Source: Candidatus Woesearchaeota archaeon (GTDB lineage Archaea; Nanobdellota; Nanobdellia; Woesearchaeales; WJIZ01). From it: a DNA stretch of 64,000 nucleotides. The notes beneath the pieces are model-generated. The model ran no database searches. It saw nothing but the letters and a program-made list of their open reading frames with translations, and had not been told where the DNA came from. The stretch is taken from assembly GCA_018303125.1 (NCBI GenBank), contig JAGVYS010000003.1, positions 637-64,636 of the forward strand, read 5' to 3'. Position 1 is the stretch's first letter; each line of letters opens with the position of its first letter. Below, piece after piece: positions 19,426-28,863 of this stretch. The position numbers and the translations under genes were made by a program.

Positions 19426-20568
19426 TCAGGCAGCAACCTTCCACATTGCCTCGATGTTGGTGATGGAGAATCTGGCGTAGCCGATCGGATCCGCCCCAAA
19501 ATGGTGCAGATCATGTTCGGCGAACACCGTTTCACCATCCCATTGCCGCAAGATTTTGACAGCTTTTGCCAGATCCTCGGTGATCGTTGGTGAACCATCA
19601 CCTACTGCGAGGTCCCAATCCATCAGGACGGGCACATCAGCGGCGTGGACTTCTTTGCCGAGCAGTTGCTCCAGATTGACTGGCAGCATCTGACCTGAGT
19701 TGACATGCACGAACCCATCGAACAGACCTGCCTCATTGGTTCGCCTGGTGCCGTCCTCGACAGTTATGCCAGATGCCAACAGATGAGCCCATTCGTTATT
19801 GAGCCACAGACCCTTCCAGCCAAGCTCCTTGTTAACCTCGTTGCAGAACTTGATTGCCAACGCCAGCGTCGGGATGATATCGAGGACAGGGTCTCCAGGT
19901 TTGAACTCAATGTGCATCTTCCGTTCATGGCCTGTTTCGGTCTTCACCCGGCGCAGGACATTGACGATTCCGTCTCTTAGTTGACCCCACTTCTTCGATT
20001 TTGGAATCAATTCATTGGAAACCATGAGGTCCTTAGGGATGTTTTTGATGGGATTCCCATCTCCTGCCGGCCAGATGATGGTTTTTCCCTCTCCAAGCCC
20101 CTTCTCCTCGAACTCCAGTGCCAATGACACGGCCTCCACATGAAGATCCTCCGCCATCTGCCGACGATTGGCGTCAGGATGGAAGAACGCACCGAGCTCC
20201 GTCCCTGGATAGCCAAATGCAGGCGCAGTGAACGCCAACACTTTCGGGAAACGCCCAGAACGGATTCCCTTGACTAGGTTATCCTTGCCGATCGCGCCGG
20301 GCTTGTCAATGAGCTCGGAATACTGTGGTTGAGATGTTCTGATTTCCAATCCGATATGGAAGCTTGATCTCAGTTCGAGGCCAAGCTCTTCTCCAAGCGA
20401 CTTCACCTCCTTCAGACGGTCACTTACCTTGACGTAACCAGCTTTTGGATCACCTCCGCCGAACTTGAAGTTTGCAGGTCGTGGGTTTACGACCCATGAG
20501 GGCACTGAATGAATGATTTGCTTTGACATTGCTTTATCTCCTAAAGGAGCTCTTTTCCAGCCCTTCAT
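19426..20568 (-). CDS. xylose-isomerase / L-rhamnose-isomerase-like TIM-barrel sugar isomerase
   Basis: 380 aa; HIEFKPGDP resembles the xylose isomerase FAIEPKPNEP metal-site motif. Confidence 0.65.
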   Translation of the reverse strand: MKGWKRAPLGDKAMSKQIIHSVPSWVVNPRPANFKFGGGDPKAGYVKVSDRLKEVKSLGEELGLELRSSFHIGLEIRTSQPQYSELIDKPGAIGKDNLVKGIRSGRFPKVLAFTAPAFGYPGTELGAFFHPDANRRQMAEDLHVEAVSLALEFEEKGLGEGKTIIWPAGDGNPIKNIPKDLMVSNELIPKSKKWGQLRDGIVNVLRRVKTETGHERKMHIEFKPGDPVLDIIPTLALAIKFCNEVNKELGWKGLWLNNEWAHLLASGITVEDGTRRTNEAGLFDGFVHVNSGQMLPVNLEQLLGKEVHAADVPVLMDWDLAVGDGSPTITEDLAKAVKILRQWDGETVFAEHDLHHFGADPIGYARFSITNIEAMWKVAA

Positions 20569-20848
20569 ATGTTAAGGCCGTTCTGATCCAGCTCCACATA
20601 AGACCAGAGAGATTTATCGATAACCTCTTTAGAGGGAATGATGCCAAATCCCACAAAGCATCATTTTTTCACAGCAGCTCTCGAGTTGAGGCTGTCTTAG
20701 AAGAACATTCCAATGTTCTTCCGTTGTGCTTACAAGCACACGTCCTCCCACCTTGGTAGATAGGAGGAAGCGTGACTGCAAACGAAACAAAGGTAGCTCT
20801 CCGAACTAACTTTCAAAGAGAAAATCCTTTGTTTTACGTTACCGCCAA

Positions 20849-21847
20849 TCACGTAGCCAGCGGGAACTTCCTGTTGAACTTCCGCATAGCTTTGACGCAA
20901 GTCTCCGATTGCTCACGGGCATTTGGATTGAAGCACAAATCCATTGCTCGCCAGTCATAACCCTCGGGCAGACCAGTGAAGAACTCTTCGGCAGCCGGAA
21001 ACAACTTGTCGAATTTCAGAATGCCTGCGCCGAATTCATCGTGAGTAGAGGTTCCTGGACCATTCGGAGACTCTCGGTGTAGTTCCCCCTTGGTGTCAAT
21101 CCAGTGGACGTGCTTCACAAACGGACCGATTTCACGCATGAACCCAATCTGTTCCTCGCCTTTTGTGTTGGTGTGATCTTTTGCGAAGGTGTCGATTTCG
21201 CCGATCTGTTCTGCACCCATGCAACCTACGGTGTGGCCGTGACAAGTGTCATACAGTGAACCAACATTTTTGACGCCGGCATCTGAGAGGGCCTTGTGAA
21301 ACCTCACCACATCACGTGGTTTATTGATACCAAACATTGGCTCAAACTCAATGACGATTGTGAGGCCTTCGTTTCCGGCAATTTCCCCAAAGCGCTTGAA
21401 TCTTTTGACATAGACCTCAATTGCACCTTCGACACCAATACCTTGCGGGCCATAGATACGGCTCGGAGGATCGATGAAGTCCATGCGCATACGCGGCGTA
21501 TTTAATCCGCCTTTGCCGCACCATTTGGCGTTTTTGATCACTGCGCTCTCGAGACGGTCAGTGTCGCTGAAGAAGCTGAGATCCTGATTCCAGAAATCAC
21601 CGGCGACCCCGCTTATTGTCATGCCGTGTTCTTCCAGCAAGGCCAAGAACAAAGCAATGGATGTAGTGCTTCCGCAGTTATTCGGATCTGGGTGTGGACC
21701 CTTCCCAAAGAGTTCAACCCCGTCGAACCCGAGCCCGTGCTTTTTCCCGAGGAACTTGATTATGGAAACAATGTCCATTTGTTGGGTCTTCAAGAACAAA
21801 AAGGCCCATAGCCCCATAGATATGCGATAGTTAGGCTTTTTAGCCAT
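20849..21847 (-). CDS. sugar-phosphate isomerase/epimerase (xylose-isomerase-like TIM barrel)
   Basis: 332 aa with the GxELF, IEFEP and HWID features of the family. Confidence 0.65.
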   Translation of the reverse strand: MAKKPNYRISMGLWAFLFLKTQQMDIVSIIKFLGKKHGLGFDGVELFGKGPHPDPNNCGSTTSIALFLALLEEHGMTISGVAGDFWNQDLSFFSDTDRLESAVIKNAKWCGKGGLNTPRMRMDFIDPPSRIYGPQGIGVEGAIEVYVKRFKRFGEIAGNEGLTIVIEFEPMFGINKPRDVVRFHKALSDAGVKNVGSLYDTCHGHTVGCMGAEQIGEIDTFAKDHTNTKGEEQIGFMREIGPFVKHVHWIDTKGELHRESPNGPGTSTHDEFGAGILKFDKLFPAAEEFFTGLPEGYDWRAMDLCFNPNAREQSETCVKAMRKFNRKFPLAT

Positions 21848-22284
21848 AGTTTACCTCATTTATTACGTTGTTTTTTTCTTTCCCAGATTTTTAGTTATTA
21901 ACTCATTATGTACTTGAGCCTTTCATTGCCCTGACCCAGGAAGTTAAACAGGGCAAGAAATTGAATTTGGAGCCGCCGCCTAAACAGTTAACCCCCAAAG
22001 GTTAATCAATGCACATATGTCAGGGGCGGCTCCAAAGCTGGTGAGGGGCGAGCACAAAACACCTCATTGAACGGGGTGCTTTAGTAACCTATGTGCCCGC
22101 CGCCTCGAAATTAGTGGAGTCACAACCAAGCCTTACTCATAAGTTCCCGTGTATGGTTCAGCCTAGCTATGACCCCAAAAAAGAGTGAGGAGCCGCGTGG
22201 CTTAGCCGCCTTCATCATTCTTCCTTTGGGGAACTGGTAAGAAGAACGAATTCTGCTCTAATGGAGAGCACGGCTCCTCGAAAA

Positions 22285-22362
22285 TGGTGCACCCGGCGAG
22301 GCTCGAACTCGCAACCAGCTCGCTTAAAAGGCGGCTGCTCTTCTAAATTGAGCTACGGGCGC
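22285..22362 (-). tRNA. bacterial-type tRNA-Lys(UUU)-like gene with encoded CCA and a 1-nt bulge in the anticodon stem (possible pseudo-tRNA)
   Basis: Reverse complement: GCGCCCG TA GCTC AATTTAGAA GAGC A GCCGC CTTTTAA GCG(A)GC TGGTT GCGAG TTCGAGC CTCGC CGGGTGC A CCA. Acceptor stem, D-arm and T-arm pair cleanly; the variable loop TGGTT resembles bacterial tRNA-Lys; an extra A disrupts the 3' anticodon stem. GC-rich, unlike the host tRNAs. Confidence 0.6.
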
Positions 22363-23828
22363 ATTAAAAATGGAGGGATGTAGGTCTAATAGACGCACTT
22401 CAAAAGCAATTCGTGCTTGAGCAACGCAATTGCCTTTTTAGCTCGCGGATGAGTACATCCCTCAAAAGGGCAAAGGAAAAACAGGGGAGATACAGGCGAC
22501 AAGTGCCTTCAGAGGAATCTGGGCTCCGACCTCCAGATAACTCCTTCGCTTTACCAGCACAACCCCCAGAAAGCCAAAAAGTGGAACCGTAGTGTGAGGC
22601 TGGTCAAAGAAGCATACTGGGGATATGCTCTTATTCCATTAACACCACGGCTCCACAGAAAGTAAATTGCCGGCCGCAGCTTATTTTCCAAAATAAGCGT
22701 GGATTTTTATGGTGTGGAACCATGAAAGTATCCACTTCTGCGACCGACAAAATGAAGGTAGCCCACCTGTCCACGTTTCTTATCCCCATGTTAAAGATAT
22801 CCTCGTCGGACAGTGGGCTACTAGAAAACAGCTAGCCAATATCCCCCAGTTACGCCGATCTCGGAGACGGCTGCAAAAGTAAAACCCGCATGACTTTTTC
22901 CCTCTCCTTGGTTGCCCCTAGCACCTGTCATGCGGGTTGTGGATTGATGGCAGCCTGGCCAGCCCTTACACCAAACCAAGGATATGGCTTTACCTCGATT
23001 TTTAAGAGCCGGCACAGGCTGCAAATTGACAGTCTGCATGAGTTTGCTGAGCCCTCTTCCTGAGCCTCATGCAGACTGTAGGTAGCCAAGCCATGTCTCC
23101 CTTTTGCATCGCCCATGATATCCTCCTATTTGGAGAAATGGCCGGCTGCCATAAATTCAAATTGTAGCCTAAATGATCCTGCCTCCTTTCCAAAAAGCAG
23201 CATATCACCCTACCATTTAGGCTACGTGGAAGCAACACCACTAGCGCCCGCGCAGAGAACTTCCCTTGCAAGGGCAGTGCTGCCGAATTCTAGAACCTCC
23301 TTAAGAGTTCTGAGACTATTAATACCCGCCCCCTACTGCCACAACAGAATCTAGGGTGTTCCTAGTTGTCTCCTTTACACCCTTTCTGTTTGTGATATGC
23401 ACTGCTGAAAGCAGTACCCATATGACGATTATTATGGTCACAATTTCTTCTCCAAGGGTTGATTCTTGAAGCTATGCCTCCCACCCGTTAAAAAAGCACA
23501 GCCATGAACCTCCAGCTCCTTCCATGAGAAATTTTGGAGAAGTAGGAAATTCATTTGTTCTGAAAGAAAGCTACAGCTACACAAATTGATAGTTTTTGCT
23601 TCCTGAAAAACAGCAACTTGCCATTTTTCGCCCTTTTCCGCTTCTATGCTCTAAAAATCAAGGTTGCGTGGAAACACGTTTCTTTTCGAAAACAACCTTT
23701 TGTTTTTGAGCTAGCGTATCAGAATTCCCATTCCATAAAATTCCCTATATTAAGTGGAATCACAGGATGAAAATCCCGAAGGGTAGGTTATCAAACCATC
23801 AAGGCGATAGCCAAATCAAAAAATAAAT

Positions 23829-25637
23829 TTATGAACATGATATCAAGTCAAGCAGCTTCTTTCCTTTCTCTGTTAGGAAAATTACCTTTCTTATTCCGTT
23901 GCTGCTCTTCTCAGTCTCAACCCCTATTAGCTCCATTACGATGAAGTCATTTCTATATTGGTTGCATTTCCTTATGGAAATATCGCGAAGCTTTGAATAA
24001 AGCTCTGTTGTTGCCATCTTTCCTTTTTTCAGCTTCTTCAGGAAATCAAGGCTTCCGTCATTGTATTCTATGTAATTCTTTATGTTTTCTGTCTTGCGGG
24101 CATCCTCAATCTCCTTTTTCATCCTCTCATCATAGGGCAGGTCGGAGTAATCCTCCAAAGTATGCACTCCTGATGCATTTACAGTTGCTTTCAGCTTTGC
24201 AACCTCTATGCTCAATTTTCTTACCTTTACAGAATCATTGAATATCTTCAGCCTCTTGCCATCCTTCAGCTTTGACTCCATTCTTGCCTTTATGGCCTCA
24301 TCTTCTACATGGACATCCGAACGAGCAAGCGGCACCTTCACAAGGAAAGGCAGGTAATGCCTTTCTGAAAGCCTTACTATTGCCTGCCCGACAGGTATCA
24401 TGGAGAAATACTTGCTGTTTTCCCTTATCTGCATCAGCCTTGATATGGTCTCTACATCATTCGGCAAAATCTGCTGGAAAGCAATTGTTGTTGCGGAATT
24501 TCCGATAACAGTTTCTGATAATTTGGAGATATGCTGGTCAAGGCATATCATGCCTATGCCATATTCCCTTATTTCACGGTAAATCATGTCCGTTACAGAC
24601 TCATTGAGAAAATTTGTCCTGTTCCTTAGGAATATGTTATGCGCCTCATCCACCATTATCGCGCTGCTGAAACCAGAGGAAGATGGAGAGGATTTTTTCA
24701 TCTTGTATATGTAAGCAAGCAGGAATTCGCAGAAAAACTTCTTTTCAGGATTGTTCAGGCTGTGAAGCTCGAACAGCACTCTTTTGGAAAGCAACTCATC
24801 TATGCTTACCTCATACTGGCCACGGTAATTTATCGTTTCACCGAAATGTCCGAAAGTAAGAACATGCGCTATCCTTATGGCAGATGTCACCCATTCTGCC
24901 TCCCTTCCATGCTTAAGCCTCTGCCCCTCTGCCCTGCCCTCAAGCCTGTCCATTATGTTATACCATGTCGGGTAATTATCAGAGCCCTTATACACTCCAA
25001 AGTCACGGAAGGCCTCGTTAAGGACATCAGAAAGCAGCTTATGCACACCATAGCTCGCAAAGAAGCTTTCGGTTATCAAGTCACAAAGCATGTTAAGCCA
25101 TTCTTTTGGGTCAATCCCTTTCGGAGGCCTGTTTATGTTTATCCTGAAAAGATTCGCAATTTTTGAGTTTCCGACGGTAAAGCACAGCATTTCCTCATCC
25201 TCAAGCAAAAGCGGCCTGAAGCTCTTCTTCCAGTCAAAAATCCAGAAATTCTTCCCCTTCTCCATGAACTGCCTCGCTATTACGAAGCCAAGATTGGTTT
25301 TTCCTGAGCCTGACATGCCTGAAATGCATACGTGCCTTATCCATTCTTTCTCCCTGAGCCCGAATGGGTAGAACTCCTTGTCTGCATAAGTAACAGTTCC
25401 AAGTCTGTATTCTCCAGCAACAGCGCTTTTCTCAGGTGGCTCAAGCAGGACTTTTTCAGAAAGAAGGTGAGTATTGAGATGTTTTTCATAAAGAATCTTG
25501 AGGGCATGTTCCATCTCCAGCCTTTCATCATTGCTCTGGGAAAGGGCAAACTTTAGGTAAATCCTGTCTATTTTCTCGCCCAATACAGGACGCAGCCTTC
25601 TGCATATCTCTTCAGCGGTAAGTTCTCTCATATTCAC
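23829..25637 (-). CDS. HerA/FtsK-like P-loop ATPase (DUF87-type) with a C-terminal winged-helix region
   Basis: Walker A GMSGSGKTNL and Walker B IMVDEAHNIF; 602 aa; low GC, host-like. Confidence 0.7.
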   Translation of the reverse strand: MNMRELTAEEICRRLRPVLGEKIDRIYLKFALSQSNDERLEMEHALKILYEKHLNTHLLSEKVLLEPPEKSAVAGEYRLGTVTYADKEFYPFGLREKEWIRHVCISGMSGSGKTNLGFVIARQFMEKGKNFWIFDWKKSFRPLLLEDEEMLCFTVGNSKIANLFRININRPPKGIDPKEWLNMLCDLITESFFASYGVHKLLSDVLNEAFRDFGVYKGSDNYPTWYNIMDRLEGRAEGQRLKHGREAEWVTSAIRIAHVLTFGHFGETINYRGQYEVSIDELLSKRVLFELHSLNNPEKKFFCEFLLAYIYKMKKSSPSSSGFSSAIMVDEAHNIFLRNRTNFLNESVTDMIYREIREYGIGMICLDQHISKLSETVIGNSATTIAFQQILPNDVETISRLMQIRENSKYFSMIPVGQAIVRLSERHYLPFLVKVPLARSDVHVEDEAIKARMESKLKDGKRLKIFNDSVKVRKLSIEVAKLKATVNASGVHTLEDYSDLPYDERMKKEIEDARKTENIKNYIEYNDGSLDFLKKLKKGKMATTELYSKLRDISIRKCNQYRNDFIVMELIGVETEKSSNGIRKVIFLTEKGKKLLDLISCS

Positions 25638-26059
25638 TTAGAAAGTATGTCGCCCAGCAATGAAGCCCTGCTTTCCTTCTCCCTCATTTCCTGGATAATC
25701 TCTCTCATCTCTTTTTTAAGCAGTGCTATGTCCCTGAAGCAATTCAGTTTTTCCTGTACCTTGATCTCCTCTGCGTCTATGAGCTTCTTCCTGAACTCAA
25801 CAATCGCCCTCTGCAATTCCGCTGATGCATAATTATCAGGCGGCATCATGTTGCTTATGGCGTTTTTCATCTTCTCAATGTCAGAAAGCATCTCAGAATG
25901 AAGCTTTTCCCTTACCTTTATCTGCTCACTTATCTCATCAACAGCTTCCCTTAAGGAAGCCATCTTTGTTTCAGATATGCTGTCAAGGAGCATTTCTGCG
26001 GAATTGCCTTTATTCTCAAGCTCATCCAGCATATTTTTGAATAGTTTTGACTCTTCCAA
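25634..26059 (-). CDS. coiled-coil protein, co-operonic partner of the HerA-like ATPase
   Basis: 141 aa rich in E/K/L heptads; 4-nt overlap with the ATPase start. Confidence 0.5.
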   Translation of the reverse strand: MEESKLFKNMLDELENKGNSAEMLLDSISETKMASLREAVDEISEQIKVREKLHSEMLSDIEKMKNAISNMMPPDNYASAELQRAIVEFRKKLIDAEEIKVQEKLNCFRDIALLKKEMREIIQEMREKESRASLLGDILSK

Positions 26060-26159
26060 TCTTTCTACCCCAAATTTTTTACTAATAAGTAGTAGAAATT
26101 ATTTAGATTTATAAAGCTTTCGTCGCTAATTGGGAAAGATTTAAAACCTTCATTTCTAC

Positions 26160-27560
26160 ATGTTTTTTATGGCAAAACCCGCGATTTTTGACTTCATATC
26201 ACCGCTTGATTACAGGTACTATGGCAGCATACCTGAAATAAAGGATTACCTTTCAGAATCCTCTTTTATTGTATACCTTGGAAAATTTGAGGCCTCGCTT
26301 GCAAAATGCCTGGCAAGAAGGAAGCTCTGCCCTGATTCTGTTGCCGCAGAGATAGAAAAGGCATCCAGAGCAGTATCTGCAGAGGAAGTGTATGAGGAAG
26401 AAGAAAGGATAAGGCATAACATAAGGGCCTTGGCTAACACAATAAGAAAGAAGGTAAGCGATGAAGCAAAGCCATATGTTCATCTTTCTGCAACGAGCCA
26501 TGACGCAATATGCTCTGCCGATGCTGCAAGGTTCAGGGATTTTGCAAATAAGTCACTAATAAAGGTCCTTCTTTCCCTTGAATCAACTCTGATAAAGATA
26601 GCGATGCAGGAAAAAGCTACATTGCAGATAGGCAGGACCCATGGCCAGCATGCAGAGCCTATAACATTCGGCTTTGCTGTTGCGCAGTATGTCTCAAGGC
26701 TTGGAAAAAGGATATTGCTGATACAAAAAACAGCAAATGACCTTAGGGGCAAGCTTGCTGGTGCGGTCGGCGCCTATAATGCGCCTTCCCTGATTATCAA
26801 GGACTCTGAGGCATTTGAGGAAGAAGTTTTGGCTGAGCTTGGAATAAAGCCATCCCCCATATCAACGCAGGTTGTTGAAGCCGAGTACATGGCTGATTTT
26901 GTACATGCGGTGATAAGCTGCTTTGGAGTTCTTGCAAACATTTCAGATGACATGCGCCACCTGCAAAGGTCGGAAATCTCAGAAATAAGGGAGCAGTTCG
27001 GGAATGACCAGGTTGGCAGTTCCACAATGCCACACAAGATGAACCCCATAAATTTTGAGAACGTCAAATCAATGTGGAAGGAGTTCATGCCAAGGATGTC
27101 TACGCTCTACCTTGACCAGATATCCGAGCACCAAAGAGATTTAACAAATTCAGCATCTTCAAGATTTGTGCCTGAGATTCTTGCTGCCCTTTACCTTTCC
27201 GCAGCAAGGCTTGACAAGACTTTGTCAAAAATCGAAGTAAATTCCTCTGCCTTGAAGAAAAACTTTGATTCAGGAAAGGACATGATTACCGCAGAGCCTC
27301 TCTATGTGCTTCTTTCCTCAAAGGGCCATCCTGATGCGCATGAGCACGCAAGAAAATTATCCTTGAAATCAAGGGAAATCAAGGAAAGCATCTATTCTCT
27401 TGCAATGAAGGACAAGGAGCTTGAGCCTTACATGAAAAAGCTAACAAAAGAACAGCTGGAAATATTGAAGAGTCCTGAAAAATATACTGGCATTGCCGAG
27501 AAAAAAACTGTTTCCATATGCGAGGAATGGGAAGAGAAGATTAAGGATATTTCTGTATAG
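26160..27560 (+). CDS. purB: adenylosuccinate lyase
   Basis: Lyase signature SSTMPHKMNPINFEN and an N-terminal ISPLDYRYYG; 466 aa. The real start may be the Met at 26169. Confidence 0.9.
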   Translation: MFFMAKPAIFDFISPLDYRYYGSIPEIKDYLSESSFIVYLGKFEASLAKCLARRKLCPDSVAAEIEKASRAVSAEEVYEEEERIRHNIRALANTIRKKVSDEAKPYVHLSATSHDAICSADAARFRDFANKSLIKVLLSLESTLIKIAMQEKATLQIGRTHGQHAEPITFGFAVAQYVSRLGKRILLIQKTANDLRGKLAGAVGAYNAPSLIIKDSEAFEEEVLAELGIKPSPISTQVVEAEYMADFVHAVISCFGVLANISDDMRHLQRSEISEIREQFGNDQVGSSTMPHKMNPINFENVKSMWKEFMPRMSTLYLDQISEHQRDLTNSASSRFVPEILAALYLSAARLDKTLSKIEVNSSALKKNFDSGKDMITAEPLYVLLSSKGHPDAHEHARKLSLKSREIKESIYSLAMKDKELEPYMKKLTKEQLEILKSPEKYTGIAEKKTVSICEEWEEKIKDISV

Positions 27561-27561
27561 A

Positions 27562-28800
27562 TTAAACTGCTCGGGTTAATAGTGGTCTGTCCGGTATATC
27601 TAAGAGTGGCCTATAAGGTATGCCCTTTTTCAAGCGAGATTGTCTAGTACTAACAATTTTATCACCCTCTCCTTGATACATATTAAAAACTTCTGAGTTA
27701 TGCACATTTACACCTCTATTTATGCCATCCAGCAATCCTCTCAATGCCATTATTGATTCCATATACAGTGAGCCTGTGAAGCCACCATATTTTCCCTGGT
27801 GCTGTCTATGCGGCTCAAGTACTAAAGGTACAAGGCCATCCAATCCTAATCCTTTTAACTTTCTTCTTATCCTAGGGATTATCTGCGTGAACTCTGCAAG
27901 AATGACCTGGTAGTTGCTATCTCCTTGTCCTGCAGGAGAATGCGGCCACTCTGCAGTCTCGATACTTTCTCCATTTTTAATAGCATAATCAGATGGTGCA
28001 TCCTTTATGTGAAGCCCAGCTAAAAATTGTTTTAGTTCACGAAAACTTTGCAATGCAGCATTTTCACGTTTATTCTGCCTGACATCATTTGCACCATCAT
28101 GATACGCAAAAAACTTTAAGCCATCAGGATTACCAGTAATATCCTCTATAATCTGCCTCAAGGTATATCCAGTATTCCCGAACAATCCTGTTTCATTCTC
28201 AAGAAATCCGACCAAGCCGGCTCTTTTTAAGTCTCGCCCGACATACCTTAAGAGAGCAATAGCATCCCTGTACTGTTCATTTCTATTGGCAGCCATAGGA
28301 TTTTCTCTCGTTCCTGGATAAAACGAGAACATTCTTATTATTCTTGTATCCAGTGCATTTGCTGCCCTCACAACTCCGTTCGTAACTTTAGCAATATCTG
28401 AAACTGATGCCGCTCCAATCCATTGTTTTCCTAATGGGGAACCAACATCATTAGCTTTCACGCCATAATCCTTTGCCATGTCTGCATACCTTTGAAGACT
28501 TTTTTTGGGTGCATTAGAAACATTATACACAACTTGAGAATCACTAAGCTCACCGAGCTTTTTTCTATACTCTTCTGTCGGTAAATTATCAAAATGCTCT
28601 AATTTTGCCCTATCAACAAAGCTGAAAAATCTCGCAGAAAGCTCAAGGCCATGTTTAGCAAGAAATTCAAAGTGCTCTTTTGCATGCAGAGAATACTCAT
28701 CACCAAAAGCAACTATCTTCACTACAGGTTCTGGCTGATATGTCATTTTCCAGAAAACGCATCCGAGCGTGTATAAATACTTTTTCAAAATAACTACCAT
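27562..28800 (-). CDS. hypothetical protein, possibly a xylose-isomerase-like TIM-barrel fold
   Basis: 412-aa ORF with low host-like GC; KIVAFGDEY...EHFEFLAKHGLE resembles TIM-barrel isomerase N-termini. The start may be the internal MTYQPEP at 28746. Confidence 0.45.
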   Translation of the reverse strand: MVVILKKYLYTLGCVFWKMTYQPEPVVKIVAFGDEYSLHAKEHFEFLAKHGLELSARFFSFVDRAKLEHFDNLPTEEYRKKLGELSDSQVVYNVSNAPKKSLQRYADMAKDYGVKANDVGSPLGKQWIGAASVSDIAKVTNGVVRAANALDTRIIRMFSFYPGTRENPMAANRNEQYRDAIALLRYVGRDLKRAGLVGFLENETGLFGNTGYTLRQIIEDITGNPDGLKFFAYHDGANDVRQNKRENAALQSFRELKQFLAGLHIKDAPSDYAIKNGESIETAEWPHSPAGQGDSNYQVILAEFTQIIPRIRRKLKGLGLDGLVPLVLEPHRQHQGKYGGFTGSLYMESIMALRGLLDGINRGVNVHNSEVFNMYQGEGDKIVSTRQSRLKKGIPYRPLLDIPDRPLLTRAV

Positions 28801-28863
28801 AAATTAGCGACATGTCAGTGACGAAACCAGCACCAAAAATTTATTATACATCTCAGCTTAAGC

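Noticed and set aside
22821-23354. ORFs 22821..23039, 22928..23116, 23002..23271 and 23115..23354 in the ORF-free stretch
   Set aside because: They are short and mutually overlapping, with no motifs or protein-like composition; the region is treated as non-coding or decayed.
12900-23800. Whether the GC-rich block is real biology or an assembly chimera or contaminant
   Set aside because: Not rejected but unresolved: the sequence alone cannot separate horizontal transfer from a chimeric contig. The block is reported as a finding with this caveat.
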